From: a virus
IMG/VR virus record: IMGVR_UViG_3300035034_001869
Coordinates: 7,929-71,928 of that record
Reading direction: 5' to 3' (one strand)
Length of the DNA: 64,000 nt
Positions within the stretch are counted from its first letter, which is position 1. Each line of letters begins with the position of its first letter. The position numbers were made by a program, and so were the translations under genes. This document shows positions 44,941-55,066 of the stretch, piece after piece. A model generated the notes under the pieces. The model did no database searches, was not told where the DNA came from, and saw nothing but the letters and a program-made list of their open reading frames with translations.

Positions 44941-45397
44941 TATGTTAATTCCTAATATGTTGTTTGAGTGCATTATAAATGAAAGAGAGATGAAGTGCAA
45001 AAGAATTAATATAGGGCATTTAAATTTTGCTCGATTTAACAAAAATAAGACTGAAGAACAAATAGAAGCAGGCAGAATAAAAAGGTCTGCAAGACTTAAA
45101 AAGTATTGGGCTAATATGGGAAAGGCAAAAAAGGAAGCCCTATGTAAGAAAAGAGCAAAATCTCTGAAAAAATATTTAGCTGGATTATCAGAGGAAGAAA
45201 TGAAAGCAAGAGTAAAGCCAGCAAATATAAAATTAACTGAAAATTGGAGAAATCCAAAGACAAGACCGAAGAAAGTAGAGCAAAATAGAAAAAATTTTAA
45301 AATGATACATACTGCCCCTTCAATAGAGGTGGATGAAGTTCCAAGAATTAATGATTATTCTGGGGTAATCAGCATGAAAGATTTGGAGAGCTTATGA
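44933..45397 (+). CDS. Hypothetical basic protein (NUMOD-like repeats)
   Basis: Repeated RxKxLKKYW/L helices. Confidence 0.55.
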   Translation: MFNMLIPNMLFECIINEREMKCKRINIGHLNFARFNKNKTEEQIEAGRIKRSARLKKYWANMGKAKKEALCKKRAKSLKKYLAGLSEEEMKARVKPANIKLTENWRNPKTRPKKVEQNRKNFKMIHTAPSIEVDEVPRINDYSGVISMKDLESL

Positions 45398-45566
45398 GTG
45401 CAATACAAAAAAGAACATTCTCAGCTAAAACCAGGGAAGATCTTCAGATACAAGTTGATAATTTTGAAGATCTATTGAAACCGGGACAGATAATAAGTAT
45501 AAGTCCCCTGGAATATATAAATTCAGGATGGTATTTTATAACTATTGAATTTGTGGGGAATTATAG

Positions 45567-45836
45567 ATGAGACTTCCAAAAAAGGGAAAAGGAATTAAAG
45601 CTTTGGGTAAGATGAGTGGATTATCCGTAAGTGCCATTAAAGATATTTGGGAAGATGTTAAAAAGAACCATTCTTTATTAGATAGTTGTTCTTATCATAT
45701 ATTTGTTAATCATCCTTCTCCCAATATGAGCCGGAAATATATATGCAATAATTGTAAAGGGATTGTTGATACAACACAGAAAGTTTGGTACGAGAAAGGA
45801 ATTGATCATAGTCAACCAAGGGAGGAAGTAAAATGA
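45567..45836 (+). CDS. Hypothetical zinc-binding phage protein
   Basis: LDSCSYHIF...YICNNCKG...WYEKG. Confidence 0.65.
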   Translation: MRLPKKGKGIKALGKMSGLSVSAIKDIWEDVKKNHSLLDSCSYHIFVNHPSPNMSRKYICNNCKGIVDTTQKVWYEKGIDHSQPREEVK

Positions 45837-46066
45837 AAGTTTATTTTTACGGAGCTACTGAAAAAGCGGCAAAGAAAAAGTGTAAAACGTTCATCACCCA
45901 GTTAGAGAAAATGCAACATCCTGATGGTAAGAGGTATGAAGGAAAGTCTCTGAACGCATCAATGTCGGCAGTTGTATTGCCGAAATTTGTTGGAAGTCCT
46001 TTATTTCCAATTCCGTCTGCTTACCGATGTCAATTTTATGTTGAATATAATTTTTCGGTAGAGTAA
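45833..46066 (+). CDS. Hypothetical protein
   Basis: GGAGG RBS; coupled to TerL. Confidence 0.6.
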   Translation: MKVYFYGATEKAAKKKCKTFITQLEKMQHPDGKRYEGKSLNASMSAVVLPKFVGSPLFPIPSAYRCQFYVEYNFSVE

Positions 46067-47530
46067 ATGAGAAAGAAACCGACAGTAATATGGGAACCGT
46101 GGCCTGGTTCTCAGCAAAGATTCTTGACTTGCCCTGCATGGGAATGTCTTTTGCATGGGAACAGGGGTGGTGGTAAAACTGATGTTCTAATAATGGATTT
46201 TTTGCAAGATGTAGGGAAAGGATTTGGATCTGATTACAAAGGTTTACTTTTGAGAGAAGCAACAACAGAGCTTGGTGATGTTATATCAAAGACCAGAAAA
46301 TGGATTCCTCGAATCTTCCCGCTTGCAAAATATAATGGATCTCGAAAAATATGGACATTTCCTGAAGGTGAAACACTCTGGTTGAATTATGCACGTACCG
46401 AAACTGATTATGAGCAGTATCATGGTCATGAATATCCTTGGATTGGATGGGAAGAGCTTACCAATCATGCATTTGATAAAGTTTATCTGAAATTAATGTC
46501 TTGTAGTCGATCATCTAACAAAAAAATCACCCCAAAATACAGAGCAACATGTAATCCAAGTGGTCCAGGCCATCAATGGGTGAAACAACGTTTTATTGAT
46601 ACTGTGCCAGTTGGTAAAATTCATAAAGAAACCATAGAAGTTGAATTTCCTAACCCAAAAGGAATAATGGTTAAACAGGAATTGACTGTAACCAGAACAC
46701 ATGTTCAAAGTTTTCAATCAGAGAATAAATCTCTTGCGGAAGCTGATCCATTATACATGGCTAAGATCTTTTCTTTGACAAAAGACAACGAAATGTTAAG
46801 AAAAGCCTGGATTGATGGTTCTTGGGATCTTTTGATAGGTGGTTTTTTTACAGATGTATGGGATAAAAATATTCATGTACTCCCCACATTTAAAGCTCCA
46901 TCTTCTTGGACACTTACCCGAAGTTTTGACTGGGGTTCAAGCAAACCTTGGGCTGTCACTTATGCATTCATTACAAATGGAGAACAACCTGAACCAGGGG
47001 GACTTGATGATGTTCTTCCTTATATCCCTAAAAACTCAGTAATTGTACCAACAGAGATATATGGGTGGAATGGGAATGTTAATGAAGGGGATCAAGCTAT
47101 ATCCTCAGAAATAGCTGAGCGTGTTTTGAATGTTGACAGATCCTTACTTACTGAATATAATATCAAATGTATTCCAGGACCGGCAGATACATCTATTTAT
47201 GAAGTTAGAGACGGAACCTCAATTGGAACAAATTTAGCAACTCATGGATGTCGTTGGACAAGGGCTTATAAAGGAGCAGGGTCAAGAATTGCAGGATGGT
47301 CATTGATCAGACAGATGTTGGGAGCCGCAAAAAGAGGGGATATAGAAAGTCCTCATTTATATTTTTTTGATCAAGCTCAGCACCATATAAGAACATTGCC
47401 TGTAATGCAAAGAGATAAAAAGAAGCCAGAAGATATTGATACGGAGCTTGAAGACCATTTAATGGATTCCTTACGTTATTTAATCGCAAGAAAGTTGATT
47501 ACATTGCAACGTAGGGCTGTAGCAAACTAA
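46067..47530 (+). CDS. terL: Terminase large subunit
   Basis: GNRGGGKT, IGWEELT, RATCNPSGPGHQWVK, nuclease SFDWG and EDHLMDSLRY. Confidence 0.96.
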   Translation: MRKKPTVIWEPWPGSQQRFLTCPAWECLLHGNRGGGKTDVLIMDFLQDVGKGFGSDYKGLLLREATTELGDVISKTRKWIPRIFPLAKYNGSRKIWTFPEGETLWLNYARTETDYEQYHGHEYPWIGWEELTNHAFDKVYLKLMSCSRSSNKKITPKYRATCNPSGPGHQWVKQRFIDTVPVGKIHKETIEVEFPNPKGIMVKQELTVTRTHVQSFQSENKSLAEADPLYMAKIFSLTKDNEMLRKAWIDGSWDLLIGGFFTDVWDKNIHVLPTFKAPSSWTLTRSFDWGSSKPWAVTYAFITNGEQPEPGGLDDVLPYIPKNSVIVPTEIYGWNGNVNEGDQAISSEIAERVLNVDRSLLTEYNIKCIPGPADTSIYEVRDGTSIGTNLATHGCRWTRAYKGAGSRIAGWSLIRQMLGAAKRGDIESPHLYFFDQAQHHIRTLPVMQRDKKKPEDIDTELEDHLMDSLRYLIARKLITLQRRAVAN

Positions 47531-47545
47531 AAAGGAGCAATTATT

Positions 47546-49042
47546 ATGGCAGACACAGAAAAACAGCAAGTTTCGTATGCATCGGTTGATACTATTCATC
47601 CCGATTATGAAAAAAATCGAGATGCCTGGGAAAGAGTTCGTGATTGTATGGATGGGGAAGATGTTGTTAAATCCAAGGCAGAAAAATATCTACCACGTCC
47701 TTCTGGAATGAAAAATGAATACAAAGATGCGTACATTGGCTATAAAGAACGTGCCCATTTCCCACTTATCACTGCATATGCTCTTTCCGGAGCTTTAGGA
47801 ATTGTAATTACAAAACTTCCTGAATTTAATGTGCCAAAACAACTTGAATATATCTTGAAAACGGCTACCAAAGACGGAAGAAATCTTGATCAGTTGTTTA
47901 TGGATATGATAATTGAAGTATTCCAAACTGGCAGATGCCCATTGTTGGTAGATGTTATTTCCAGTAAAAATGAATTTCGATTTGTTGATTATAAGGCAGA
48001 GGAATTTATTAATTGGAAAACTTCAATCGTTTCTGAAGAAAAAAGTTTATCTTTAGGGGTTTTAAAAGAAGCTGTTCCTGATTCTGATGATATTTTTTCA
48101 CATGACACCAAAGACGTTTACAGAGTTTTGCGGATTGAAGACGGTGCGTATACCACGGCTTTGTATGAGTCGGACGGTCAGAAAATTGTTGATACTGAAG
48201 TATCCCCTACTTTACGAGGTAAAAGTTTAGATAGAATACCATTATTTCTTTCTGGATCAATAAACAATTCGTTTGATCTTCAGCCGATTCCTTTAATCTC
48301 AGTTGCCAATTGTTCTGTTCAGATTTATAGAAAAGAAGCGGATCTTGCAAATTCAGAATATCTTTCATGTAATCCTACTTTATGTATTGTTGGTGCCGCC
48401 AATGATTTAAATCTTCCGAATGTTGTTGGATCTTCTGTCATGATTGTTCTTGAAAATGAACAAGCCCGTGTTTTTTATACAGAAACTGATACGGCGGCAC
48501 TCACTCATGTAAAATCACATATTACTGATCTGTATGAAGAAGCAATCAGACACGGTGTAGCTATCTTAGACGCACGTAAAGGAGTTGAAGCGGCTGAATC
48601 ACTCAGAATACGTCAATCAACGCAGAGCGCATCAATATACTCGATATTTCTTGCGGCAATCAATGCTGTCAAGCAGGGTCTTGAAGCTATGTGTGATTGG
48701 GGTGGATATAACAAAGATGAAGTTATGGTTGATGCTCCATCCACACTTACCCAGGGTATTCCTGATTCAGCCATTCTTGCGAAGATTGTTGAAGGACATT
48801 CTTCTGGTGTTATTCCGTTGGAAGTAATCCATAGATATCTTGTTTATTCAGGACTTCTTGATCAAACTGTTGGTTATGAAGAATATGTAACAATGCTGGA
48901 AAATGATCCTATTAATTTGGAATCAGAAGAGGAAGAACCCATTTCCATTACAGATAAGGACGGAAATGTTATTGGTGCAAAAAAGCAAGAGACGAAAAAT
49001 GATTTGGATCTTGCTGATGATGGTGAAATAACGGACAATTAA
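47546..49042 (+). CDS. Portal protein (DUF4055-like)
   Basis: HPDY...W...D...G...VK...YLP N-terminus; follows TerL. Confidence 0.9.
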   Translation: MADTEKQQVSYASVDTIHPDYEKNRDAWERVRDCMDGEDVVKSKAEKYLPRPSGMKNEYKDAYIGYKERAHFPLITAYALSGALGIVITKLPEFNVPKQLEYILKTATKDGRNLDQLFMDMIIEVFQTGRCPLLVDVISSKNEFRFVDYKAEEFINWKTSIVSEEKSLSLGVLKEAVPDSDDIFSHDTKDVYRVLRIEDGAYTTALYESDGQKIVDTEVSPTLRGKSLDRIPLFLSGSINNSFDLQPIPLISVANCSVQIYRKEADLANSEYLSCNPTLCIVGAANDLNLPNVVGSSVMIVLENEQARVFYTETDTAALTHVKSHITDLYEEAIRHGVAILDARKGVEAAESLRIRQSTQSASIYSIFLAAINAVKQGLEAMCDWGGYNKDEVMVDAPSTLTQGIPDSAILAKIVEGHSSGVIPLEVIHRYLVYSGLLDQTVGYEEYVTMLENDPINLESEEEEPISITDKDGNVIGAKKQETKNDLDLADDGEITDN

Positions 49043-49102
49043 CGGGGATCTGAGATCCCCAAACTGGAATCTTGAGGATTCCGAAATTTAAGGAGAACAA
49101 AA

Positions 49103-49870
49103 ATGCCAGATTTTAAATTTATTGAAGATGCAGACATGAGAGAAAAAGTGGAAAATGCTCACAAGATCGAAGTTGATCAACTTACGATTGATTTAACCAA
49201 TTCTGCAAAAGAGCAGGTGGACAATGCCGTCACTGGTTTGAAGACAAAAAACCAAGAACTTTTGGATGAGAAGAAAAATCTTGCCACAACTCTTAAAAAG
49301 TTTGAAGGGTATGATCCAGTCAAAGTCAAAGAGGCATCTGATTTTTATGAAAAGAACAAGGATGCTGAATTTCTGAAAGACGGCACAGTCGAGGAACTTA
49401 TTGAGAAGAAAACTTCCCAATTAACTTCTGATTTTGAAGCACAGTTGAATGAATTGAATACGGAACTGGGTTCCACAAAAACTGCCGCAAGCACATACAA
49501 ATCCTTGTTTGAATCAAAAGTTATTGATGACGGAATAAGAGATGAAGCCATTAAAGCAGGAATGTTGCCCACAGCCGTTGAGGATGCTGTAATGCGTGGA
49601 CGTAGCGTTTTCTCTTTGGACGAAAAGAGACAAATTGAAGCCCGTGATTCCGAAGGAAAACTGGCACTTACTGAAGACAAAAAGGTTCTTAATACAAAGA
49701 ACTGGATTGAGGGATTGAAGGAAACTTCACCTCATTATTGGCCTCAGTCAAAAGGTGCCGGGGCATTCGGTGGACGTGGCGGTTCTGAGTCCGATGCAAT
49801 GGCAAAAAGGATTGCCGCCGCTGAATCCGGAGATGCAAATGCATATAGAAAGCTTATGCGTGGAAAATAA
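49103..49870 (+). CDS. Head scaffolding protein
   Basis: Coiled-coil, GLKTKNQELL, C-terminal PHYWPQSKGAGA; between portal and capsid. Confidence 0.85.
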   Translation: MPDFKFIEDADMREKVENAHKIEVDQLTIDLTNSAKEQVDNAVTGLKTKNQELLDEKKNLATTLKKFEGYDPVKVKEASDFYEKNKDAEFLKDGTVEELIEKKTSQLTSDFEAQLNELNTELGSTKTAASTYKSLFESKVIDDGIRDEAIKAGMLPTAVEDAVMRGRSVFSLDEKRQIEARDSEGKLALTEDKKVLNTKNWIEGLKETSPHYWPQSKGAGAFGGRGGSESDAMAKRIAAAESGDANAYRKLMRGK

Positions 49871-49894
49871 TCCGTTTAAGTTGATATTTAATAC

Positions 49895-49923
49895 TTGACA
49901 TCCAGCTTTTTATTATTTAAAGT
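49895..49923 (+). promoter_or_regulatory. Probable capsid promoter
   Basis: TTGACA-17 nt-TAAAGT. Confidence 0.55.
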
Positions 49924-50073
49924 GGACTATAGATTATAAAAGTGTTCTTGAGGAACGCTGTTTTGACGACCTTGGGGGTCGGAAAACATTATTAAGAGTT
50001 TTTTTAGTAAGGTTTCACCGGCCCCTTTTCACATCCGGTGAAAATATAATATTAATTATAGGAGGAAGTAAAA

Positions 50074-51246
50074 ATGGCAAATATTTGGGAACATCCCTCA
50101 GTGATCGCAATGGAAGCTTTGACACATCTGGAGGATGCGCTTGTAATTGCTCCTCTTTGCGCCAAGGACAAAACAAGTGATTTCACCAACAAATCCAATG
50201 GATGGAAAGTCGGTGACACTGTTTCTTTTAGAACCCACGGTGAATATGAAGTTGATGAATTTTCCTCTGCAATTTCGACCCAGTCTATCAGCACATCTAC
50301 ACGGCCCATGCAGATTGAAAAACACTTTGACATTTCAGTTGAAGTTACTGCCCGTGAGATGACCCTTGAGCTTGATTCTTTTATTGATCAGGTTATTCGT
50401 CCCGCAACCTACAAACTGGCAGAAAAAGTTGATACCTATGTTGGTACCAAAATTCTCCAGGCCGCAGGCGCATATTACAGTACAGCCCTTTTTGAAACTG
50501 CCGCTGATATCGCTCTTGCCCGTAAAGCCGCAATTCTGCAACAGTTGTCCATGAATCGTTTCTGTCTGGTTGATCTGGACCTTGAAGCGACTCTCCTGGG
50601 CCAGACCTGGTTTAACCAGTCTAATTCTCGTGGCGGTGACGGTGAGTTGACTCTCCGTAATGCTGACATGGGTCGTGTAATGGGGATGGATTTTTTCACC
50701 AGTATCGCCTTCCCGACTGAAACAGCCGCCTATACCGCAGGAACAATCGTTTCCACTACTAACAATACTGGTGGAACCACGAACTTGATCGGAGATTCCA
50801 CTCTTGTTATTGATGCCGCCGATGCCACTGATGCCGCCAATCTTACCGTTAAAGCTGGTGATAGACTTGCAATTGCGGGTGTTCGTAGACCATTGGTTGT
50901 AGAAACTGCAATTGTTGATGCTGATACAAGCGTTGCAATTGTTCTTGTTGATCCTATTACCGAAGTCATTCCTGATGGTGCCGCTGTTACAGTTGTCGGT
51001 TCCGGTAAAGATATTCAGCATCACGGAGCTATTTTTGATGACAGATCTCTTGCAGTTGCCTTCCCCATGCTTGATCTTCCGGAAGACAAAACTGCCGCAG
51101 TTGTTTCCAACAATGGCGTAAGTATTCGTCTTGTTAAAGGATACACACAGAGTTCCAAGAAAACCACAATGTCTCTTGACTTGCTGGTTGGCGCTTTTTG
51201 TCTTGATCCCAGACACATTACATTGGTCGGGGACAAAACCGCCTAA
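50074..51246 (+). CDS. Major capsid protein (P22 coat-like) with a beta-rich insertion domain
   Basis: KVGDTVSF, VIRPATYKLAEKVD, GRVMGMDF and SLDLLVGA; AGGAGG RBS. Confidence 0.9.
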   Translation: MANIWEHPSVIAMEALTHLEDALVIAPLCAKDKTSDFTNKSNGWKVGDTVSFRTHGEYEVDEFSSAISTQSISTSTRPMQIEKHFDISVEVTAREMTLELDSFIDQVIRPATYKLAEKVDTYVGTKILQAAGAYYSTALFETAADIALARKAAILQQLSMNRFCLVDLDLEATLLGQTWFNQSNSRGGDGELTLRNADMGRVMGMDFFTSIAFPTETAAYTAGTIVSTTNNTGGTTNLIGDSTLVIDAADATDAANLTVKAGDRLAIAGVRRPLVVETAIVDADTSVAIVLVDPITEVIPDGAAVTVVGSGKDIQHHGAIFDDRSLAVAFPMLDLPEDKTAAVVSNNGVSIRLVKGYTQSSKKTTMSLDLLVGAFCLDPRHITLVGDKTA

Positions 51247-51284
51247 TAGTCCTTTGGGCTAATTTTCAAGGAAGGAGATAAGTT

Positions 51285-51524
51285 ATGAAGCTTTATAGAG
51301 ATGGCAAATGTATGCAAATGGTTGATAAAGATCAATTACAGATTTGCCTTGATGCCGGATGGAGCAGAACAGATGAAGTTGCAGAAGCACAGGCTTTGGA
51401 AGATGCTGAATTGGAGGAATTGCAAGCAATAGAAGATGCAAAGAAATTGCTGGATTCAGTTGAAGACGAAGATTCTGCCCCGAAGAAAAAAATCGTTAAA
51501 AAAACCTCCAGAAAGAAAAAATAA
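51285..51524 (+). CDS. Small head-associated protein
   Basis: LDAGWS motif; position after the capsid gene. Confidence 0.65.
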   Translation: MKLYRDGKCMQMVDKDQLQICLDAGWSRTDEVAEAQALEDAELEELQAIEDAKKLLDSVEDEDSAPKKKIVKKTSRKKK

Positions 51525-51534
51525 GGGGGAATAA

Positions 51535-52041
51535 ATGGCCTTAAACGAAACATTAGGTGCCATAGATGCCAACTCCTATGTTACCCTTGCTGAGGCGGAG
51601 GCATACTTTGAAGATCGTATGCACTCCTCAGCCTGGGAAGCATTAACTGATGAGGTGAAATCTAATTTATTGGTTTCATCTTCTCAAATGTTAGATTGGT
51701 ACATTAAGTGGAAGGGCTATAAAAGCTCAGAAACACAATCTATGAAATGGCCCCGTTCTGGTGTTGTTCGTCCCAGTGGGATTGAAGTTGATGATGATGT
51801 TCTTCCTGCTGAGGTCAAAACTGCTGTCTATGAACAAGCCTTTGTTAATATATCGGCTGATCGTAATGAGGATAATGCTTTGGCTGGAATCAGTCAATTG
51901 AAAGCTGGATCTCTTATGATTAAGGCAGGTCCAGAAAAGCCAAATCAAACCAACGCAAAACCGGTGCCCGAACATGTAAGCAGAATTTTATCTGATCTGA
52001 CTACTGGCGGCAACGGAACCGTATGGTTATTGAGAGCATAA
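51535..52041 (+). CDS. Head-tail adaptor
   Basis: ANSYVTLAEAEAYF, QSMKWPRSG and LPAEVKTA motifs. Confidence 0.85.
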   Translation: MALNETLGAIDANSYVTLAEAEAYFEDRMHSSAWEALTDEVKSNLLVSSSQMLDWYIKWKGYKSSETQSMKWPRSGVVRPSGIEVDDDVLPAEVKTAVYEQAFVNISADRNEDNALAGISQLKAGSLMIKAGPEKPNQTNAKPVPEHVSRILSDLTTGGNGTVWLLRA

Positions 52042-52042
52042 A

Positions 52043-52405
52043 ATGGCAAGTATCAGAAATATATTTTTAAAGGGTGTAGAAACTGTTTTTAACGTGTTCA
52101 ATGAAGCCGTTAAGAGTGGGACCTATAATGTGGATATAGACGATGGTTTTGTTACTGCAACCACATCCACAGACACTATCCGATGTATTTTTGAAACTTT
52201 TGAGGAAAAGGATGTGGCAGTTTTATCATTCTCTGAATTGATTCAGCCCCAGGATATTAAAGGGTTGATGCCGTCTGTTGATTTGGTCAATTGTGAAATG
52301 ACAACTCAGGGTTATTGCATATTTGGAACGGAAAAATATGCAGTTGAAGCCTTTGAACTTGACCCAATGGATGTTATTTATACGCTTCTTTTGAGGAGGG
52401 TTTAA
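52043..52405 (+). CDS. Head closure protein
   Basis: Size, position and DP...YTLLLR C-terminus. Confidence 0.7.
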   Translation: MASIRNIFLKGVETVFNVFNEAVKSGTYNVDIDDGFVTATTSTDTIRCIFETFEEKDVAVLSFSELIQPQDIKGLMPSVDLVNCEMTTQGYCIFGTEKYAVEAFELDPMDVIYTLLLRRV

Positions 52406-52407
52406 AT

Positions 52408-52869
52408 ATGAAAATTGAAGCTTTTATAGCAAGCTTACGACTTGGATTAAGGTCTGGTATTGAGAAAGGTTCCCGTTCAATTTTATATAGCAAGAATAAC
52501 ACAATTCTTGCTTTATTGAGAGCGCATTCTCCGAAAGACTCAGGGGAGTTTAGTTCTAATTGGAGAGTTGCCAGAAGCAGATATGGAAAACGTAATATAT
52601 TAGCTGGATTGGTAGTTGTGAATGATACTCCGAATTATGGACAATTTGTAGCTTTTGGGGCAGAACCAAGAAAAGCCCCGTGGTATTTTCCTCATGGGAA
52701 AAGTACAGGTACTGGAAAACTTATACAGTATCAAGGAAAGATTTGGGCCGGAGGATTAAATCCCGGACACGTTGATACTGTAGGTGGTCCTATTGTTCAG
52801 GTTATGGATAGTTTTGCAAATAAATTTACTCAGGAATTTGCTGATAAAATCACCGGGCATATTGTATAA
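52408..52869 (+). CDS. Tail completion protein (HK97 gp10-like)
   Basis: SPKDSGEFSSNW and NDTPNYGQFVAFG. Confidence 0.75.
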   Translation: MKIEAFIASLRLGLRSGIEKGSRSILYSKNNTILALLRAHSPKDSGEFSSNWRVARSRYGKRNILAGLVVVNDTPNYGQFVAFGAEPRKAPWYFPHGKSTGTGKLIQYQGKIWAGGLNPGHVDTVGGPIVQVMDSFANKFTQEFADKITGHIV

Positions 52870-53321
52870 TGAATAACAGAGAAGACAGCCTACAGGAAAT
52901 ATACGAACGGATAAAGGCAAATCGAACTGATTTGGGTCTTACTTCTTTTAAGTGGAACCCTACAGAACCAATTGCCGATAAAGATATGCCTTGTTGCATT
53001 CTATTAGAAGGCATTGATAATGTTGTTGCTCATGGAAGTAAGAACAGTTCCGGGTATCCTCTTAGACGGGCTTTAGAAGTTAAGTTGGAGCTTATAACAA
53101 CATCAGTTGTTGATATTAAGTCTCTGTTAAGAGATTTAAGAAGGATTGTTTTTACGGAGAGAGGTACTGATCCTCCTGTTTATAATGCCAGGCTCCTTCC
53201 GAATAATCGAACTGGGTTTATAAATGAAAATAGAACTGAAGGCCCTACCGGTTACGGTTTACCAGATGTTCTGGGAATGAGCTTGGTTTTGGATTTAGTA
53301 TATACGGATGAAATGTTATGA
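52869..53321 (+). CDS. Tail terminator
   Basis: Position before the tail tube gene; MPCCILLEG. Confidence 0.7.
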   Translation: MNNREDSLQEIYERIKANRTDLGLTSFKWNPTEPIADKDMPCCILLEGIDNVVAHGSKNSSGYPLRRALEVKLELITTSVVDIKSLLRDLRRIVFTERGTDPPVYNARLLPNNRTGFINENRTEGPTGYGLPDVLGMSLVLDLVYTDEML

Positions 53322-53381
53322 TATTTGTGATTCCAGAAGACTATATATAAATTAACACAAACTTTTTAGGAGGATTTAAAA

Positions 53382-54167
53382 ATGGCCACAAGCCCTAACA
53401 CAGATAATTATACCTTAGGAAAAGGCGTAGTATTCTTCGATCAACTTGTCTCTGGTGTATATCAGGGAGAACGAGATCTTGGGAATGCTCCTGCCTTTAC
53501 GTTTAACATCGCTCTTGAGACTCTTGAGCATTTCAGTTCCAGAGGCGGATTGAAAGCAAAGGATAAAGAAATCATTTCCCAGATTACTCCGGGTCTTGCT
53601 TTTACTCTTGATGAAGTAAACAAAGAAAATCTGGCATTGCTCACTTTGGGCGATACCACAACCGTTACACAAATTGCCGGAACAGTTGCGGAGGAGGAGG
53701 TTGTTGCCCATCTTGATTTGCGTTTTGATCTTGAATATCGCCAGATATCCTCAGTTGTTATCATGGATGAGACTGATACGGATACCTATATTGCCGGAAC
53801 TGATTATGTTATTGATACGACCCTCAGTGATGATAAGATTGGCAGGGTCAAAGTTTTGTCAACCGGCTCCATCACTGAAGGTGAGACACTTCACGTTGCC
53901 TACAGTTATGCTGGAATTACCTATACGAACATTGCCGCTTTTGCCAATACTCAGATTCAAGGGAAGCTCAGATTTGTTTCTGATAACCCTGCTGGACAAC
54001 AGCAAGAATTGGAAGTTTGGAGCGTATCACTTGTTCCCGCTGGTGACACGGCACTGATTGGTGATGACTGGTCCACACTCGGCTTTACCGGAGAAATCCT
54101 GAAAGACGAAACCAACCACGCACTGTCTCCGTATATGAATATTATCATGGATCAGGCCACAACCTAA
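53382..54167 (+). CDS. Major tail (tube) protein
   Basis: NYTLGKGVVFF, DLGNAPAF, EHFSSRGGL and LIGDDWSTLGFTGE. Confidence 0.88.
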   Translation: MATSPNTDNYTLGKGVVFFDQLVSGVYQGERDLGNAPAFTFNIALETLEHFSSRGGLKAKDKEIISQITPGLAFTLDEVNKENLALLTLGDTTTVTQIAGTVAEEEVVAHLDLRFDLEYRQISSVVIMDETDTDTYIAGTDYVIDTTLSDDKIGRVKVLSTGSITEGETLHVAYSYAGITYTNIAAFANTQIQGKLRFVSDNPAGQQQELEVWSVSLVPAGDTALIGDDWSTLGFTGEILKDETNHALSPYMNIIMDQATT

Positions 54168-54190
54168 TATTAATCTTTAGTGTTTTTGCC

Positions 54191-54235
54191 AAAAGTCTGG
54201 TGGGCAAATAAAAGAAAAAAGTCCACCAGACTTTT
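54191..54235 (+). terminator. Intrinsic terminator after the tail tube gene
   Basis: AAAAGTCTGGTGGGC...GTCCACCAGACTTTT. Confidence 0.65.
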
Positions 54236-54267
54236 AAAACATTACTCAAAAAAGAAGGAAAGATAAG

Positions 54268-54714
54268 ATGAAAGAACGACAGACACTATCCCTCGATTTA
54301 GACTCCTTGTTTCCTGGTTCAACCGTTACCATTGGAAACCAATCCATTATTATCAAGCCATTGACCATTGAGCAACTTGCCATTTTATCCAAGAAATTAA
54401 CTGGATTTGGTGATGTTCTTGCTGAAAAAGGAGTTACTTGGGAAAACTATAATTCCCCGGAAAATCTATTTAAACTCGCAATCGTCATATTGGAGAATGT
54501 TCCAGATGTTTTGGAAGAGGCATCGAATGTTCGTATTGAAGATTTGAGAGTATTGCCAATTGAGTTGGTTGTTGAAATTATTGAGACAATCATCTCTGAA
54601 AACTTGAAGTCCAAGGAATCATTGGAAAAAAACTTCAAGAGCTTGACCAAGAAATTTCTCCCGGAGGAAGAAGTAAAGGCGAAAAAGACTCCGTTGAAAA
54701 AGATTCGAACATAA
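54268..54714 (+). CDS. Tail assembly chaperone (G)
   Basis: Between tail tube and tape measure; contains slippery site A AAA AAC. Confidence 0.85.
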   Translation: MKERQTLSLDLDSLFPGSTVTIGNQSIIIKPLTIEQLAILSKKLTGFGDVLAEKGVTWENYNSPENLFKLAIVILENVPDVLEEASNVRIEDLRVLPIELVVEIIETIISENLKSKESLEKNFKSLTKKFLPEEEVKAKKTPLKKIRT

Positions 54715-55004
54715 CCTTTGCCATTCAAACGTTAGTGGCAAATGGTCATCATTGGTCGAGCATTAAAACATATACGTTATCTGAGATAGGAACGTTCTTT
54801 AAGACAGTCGTTCTACTTGAGAGGGATAAGAAAGCTCAAAAGATCTCAGACATTTGGCAAGGTACAAATTTGACTTTAGATGGACTGAAACAAGTTTTAA
54901 AGGATTTGGGCATGAATCTTGATAAGAAGCCAGAAGAAAAATCAATTGAAGAGGTGAACAGCGATTGGAAACGACTGGCTGAATTTATGTCAAAGCAAAG
55001 GTAA
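54627..55004 (+). CDS. Tail assembly chaperone -1 frameshift extension (GT)
   Basis: Slippery heptamer AAAAAAC at 54627-54633; the -1 frame is open through the 54735-55004 ORF. Confidence 0.82.
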   Translation, partial: KKLQELDQEISPGGRSKGEKDSVEKDSNITFAIQTLVANGHHWSSIKTYTLSEIGTFFKTVVLLERDKKAQKISDIWQGTNLTLDGLKQVLKDLGMNLDKKPEEKSIEEVNSDWKRLAEFMSKQR

Positions 55005-55066
55005 TTCCTTAGCAGAAGAAAAGACAGCGTAAAAAGAATCAATTATGTCTAAGCAAGGAAAATGAT

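Noticed and set aside
9433-47530. Inteins or introns in polymerase, helicases, primase or terminase
   Set aside because: Protein lengths and motif spacing are normal, with no intein splice motifs or split genes seen.
50335-51216. 293-aa antisense ORF within the capsid gene, and other opposite-strand ORFs in the track
   Set aside because: These are shadow ORFs from codon bias of strongly supported genes, with no RBS or recognisable motifs.
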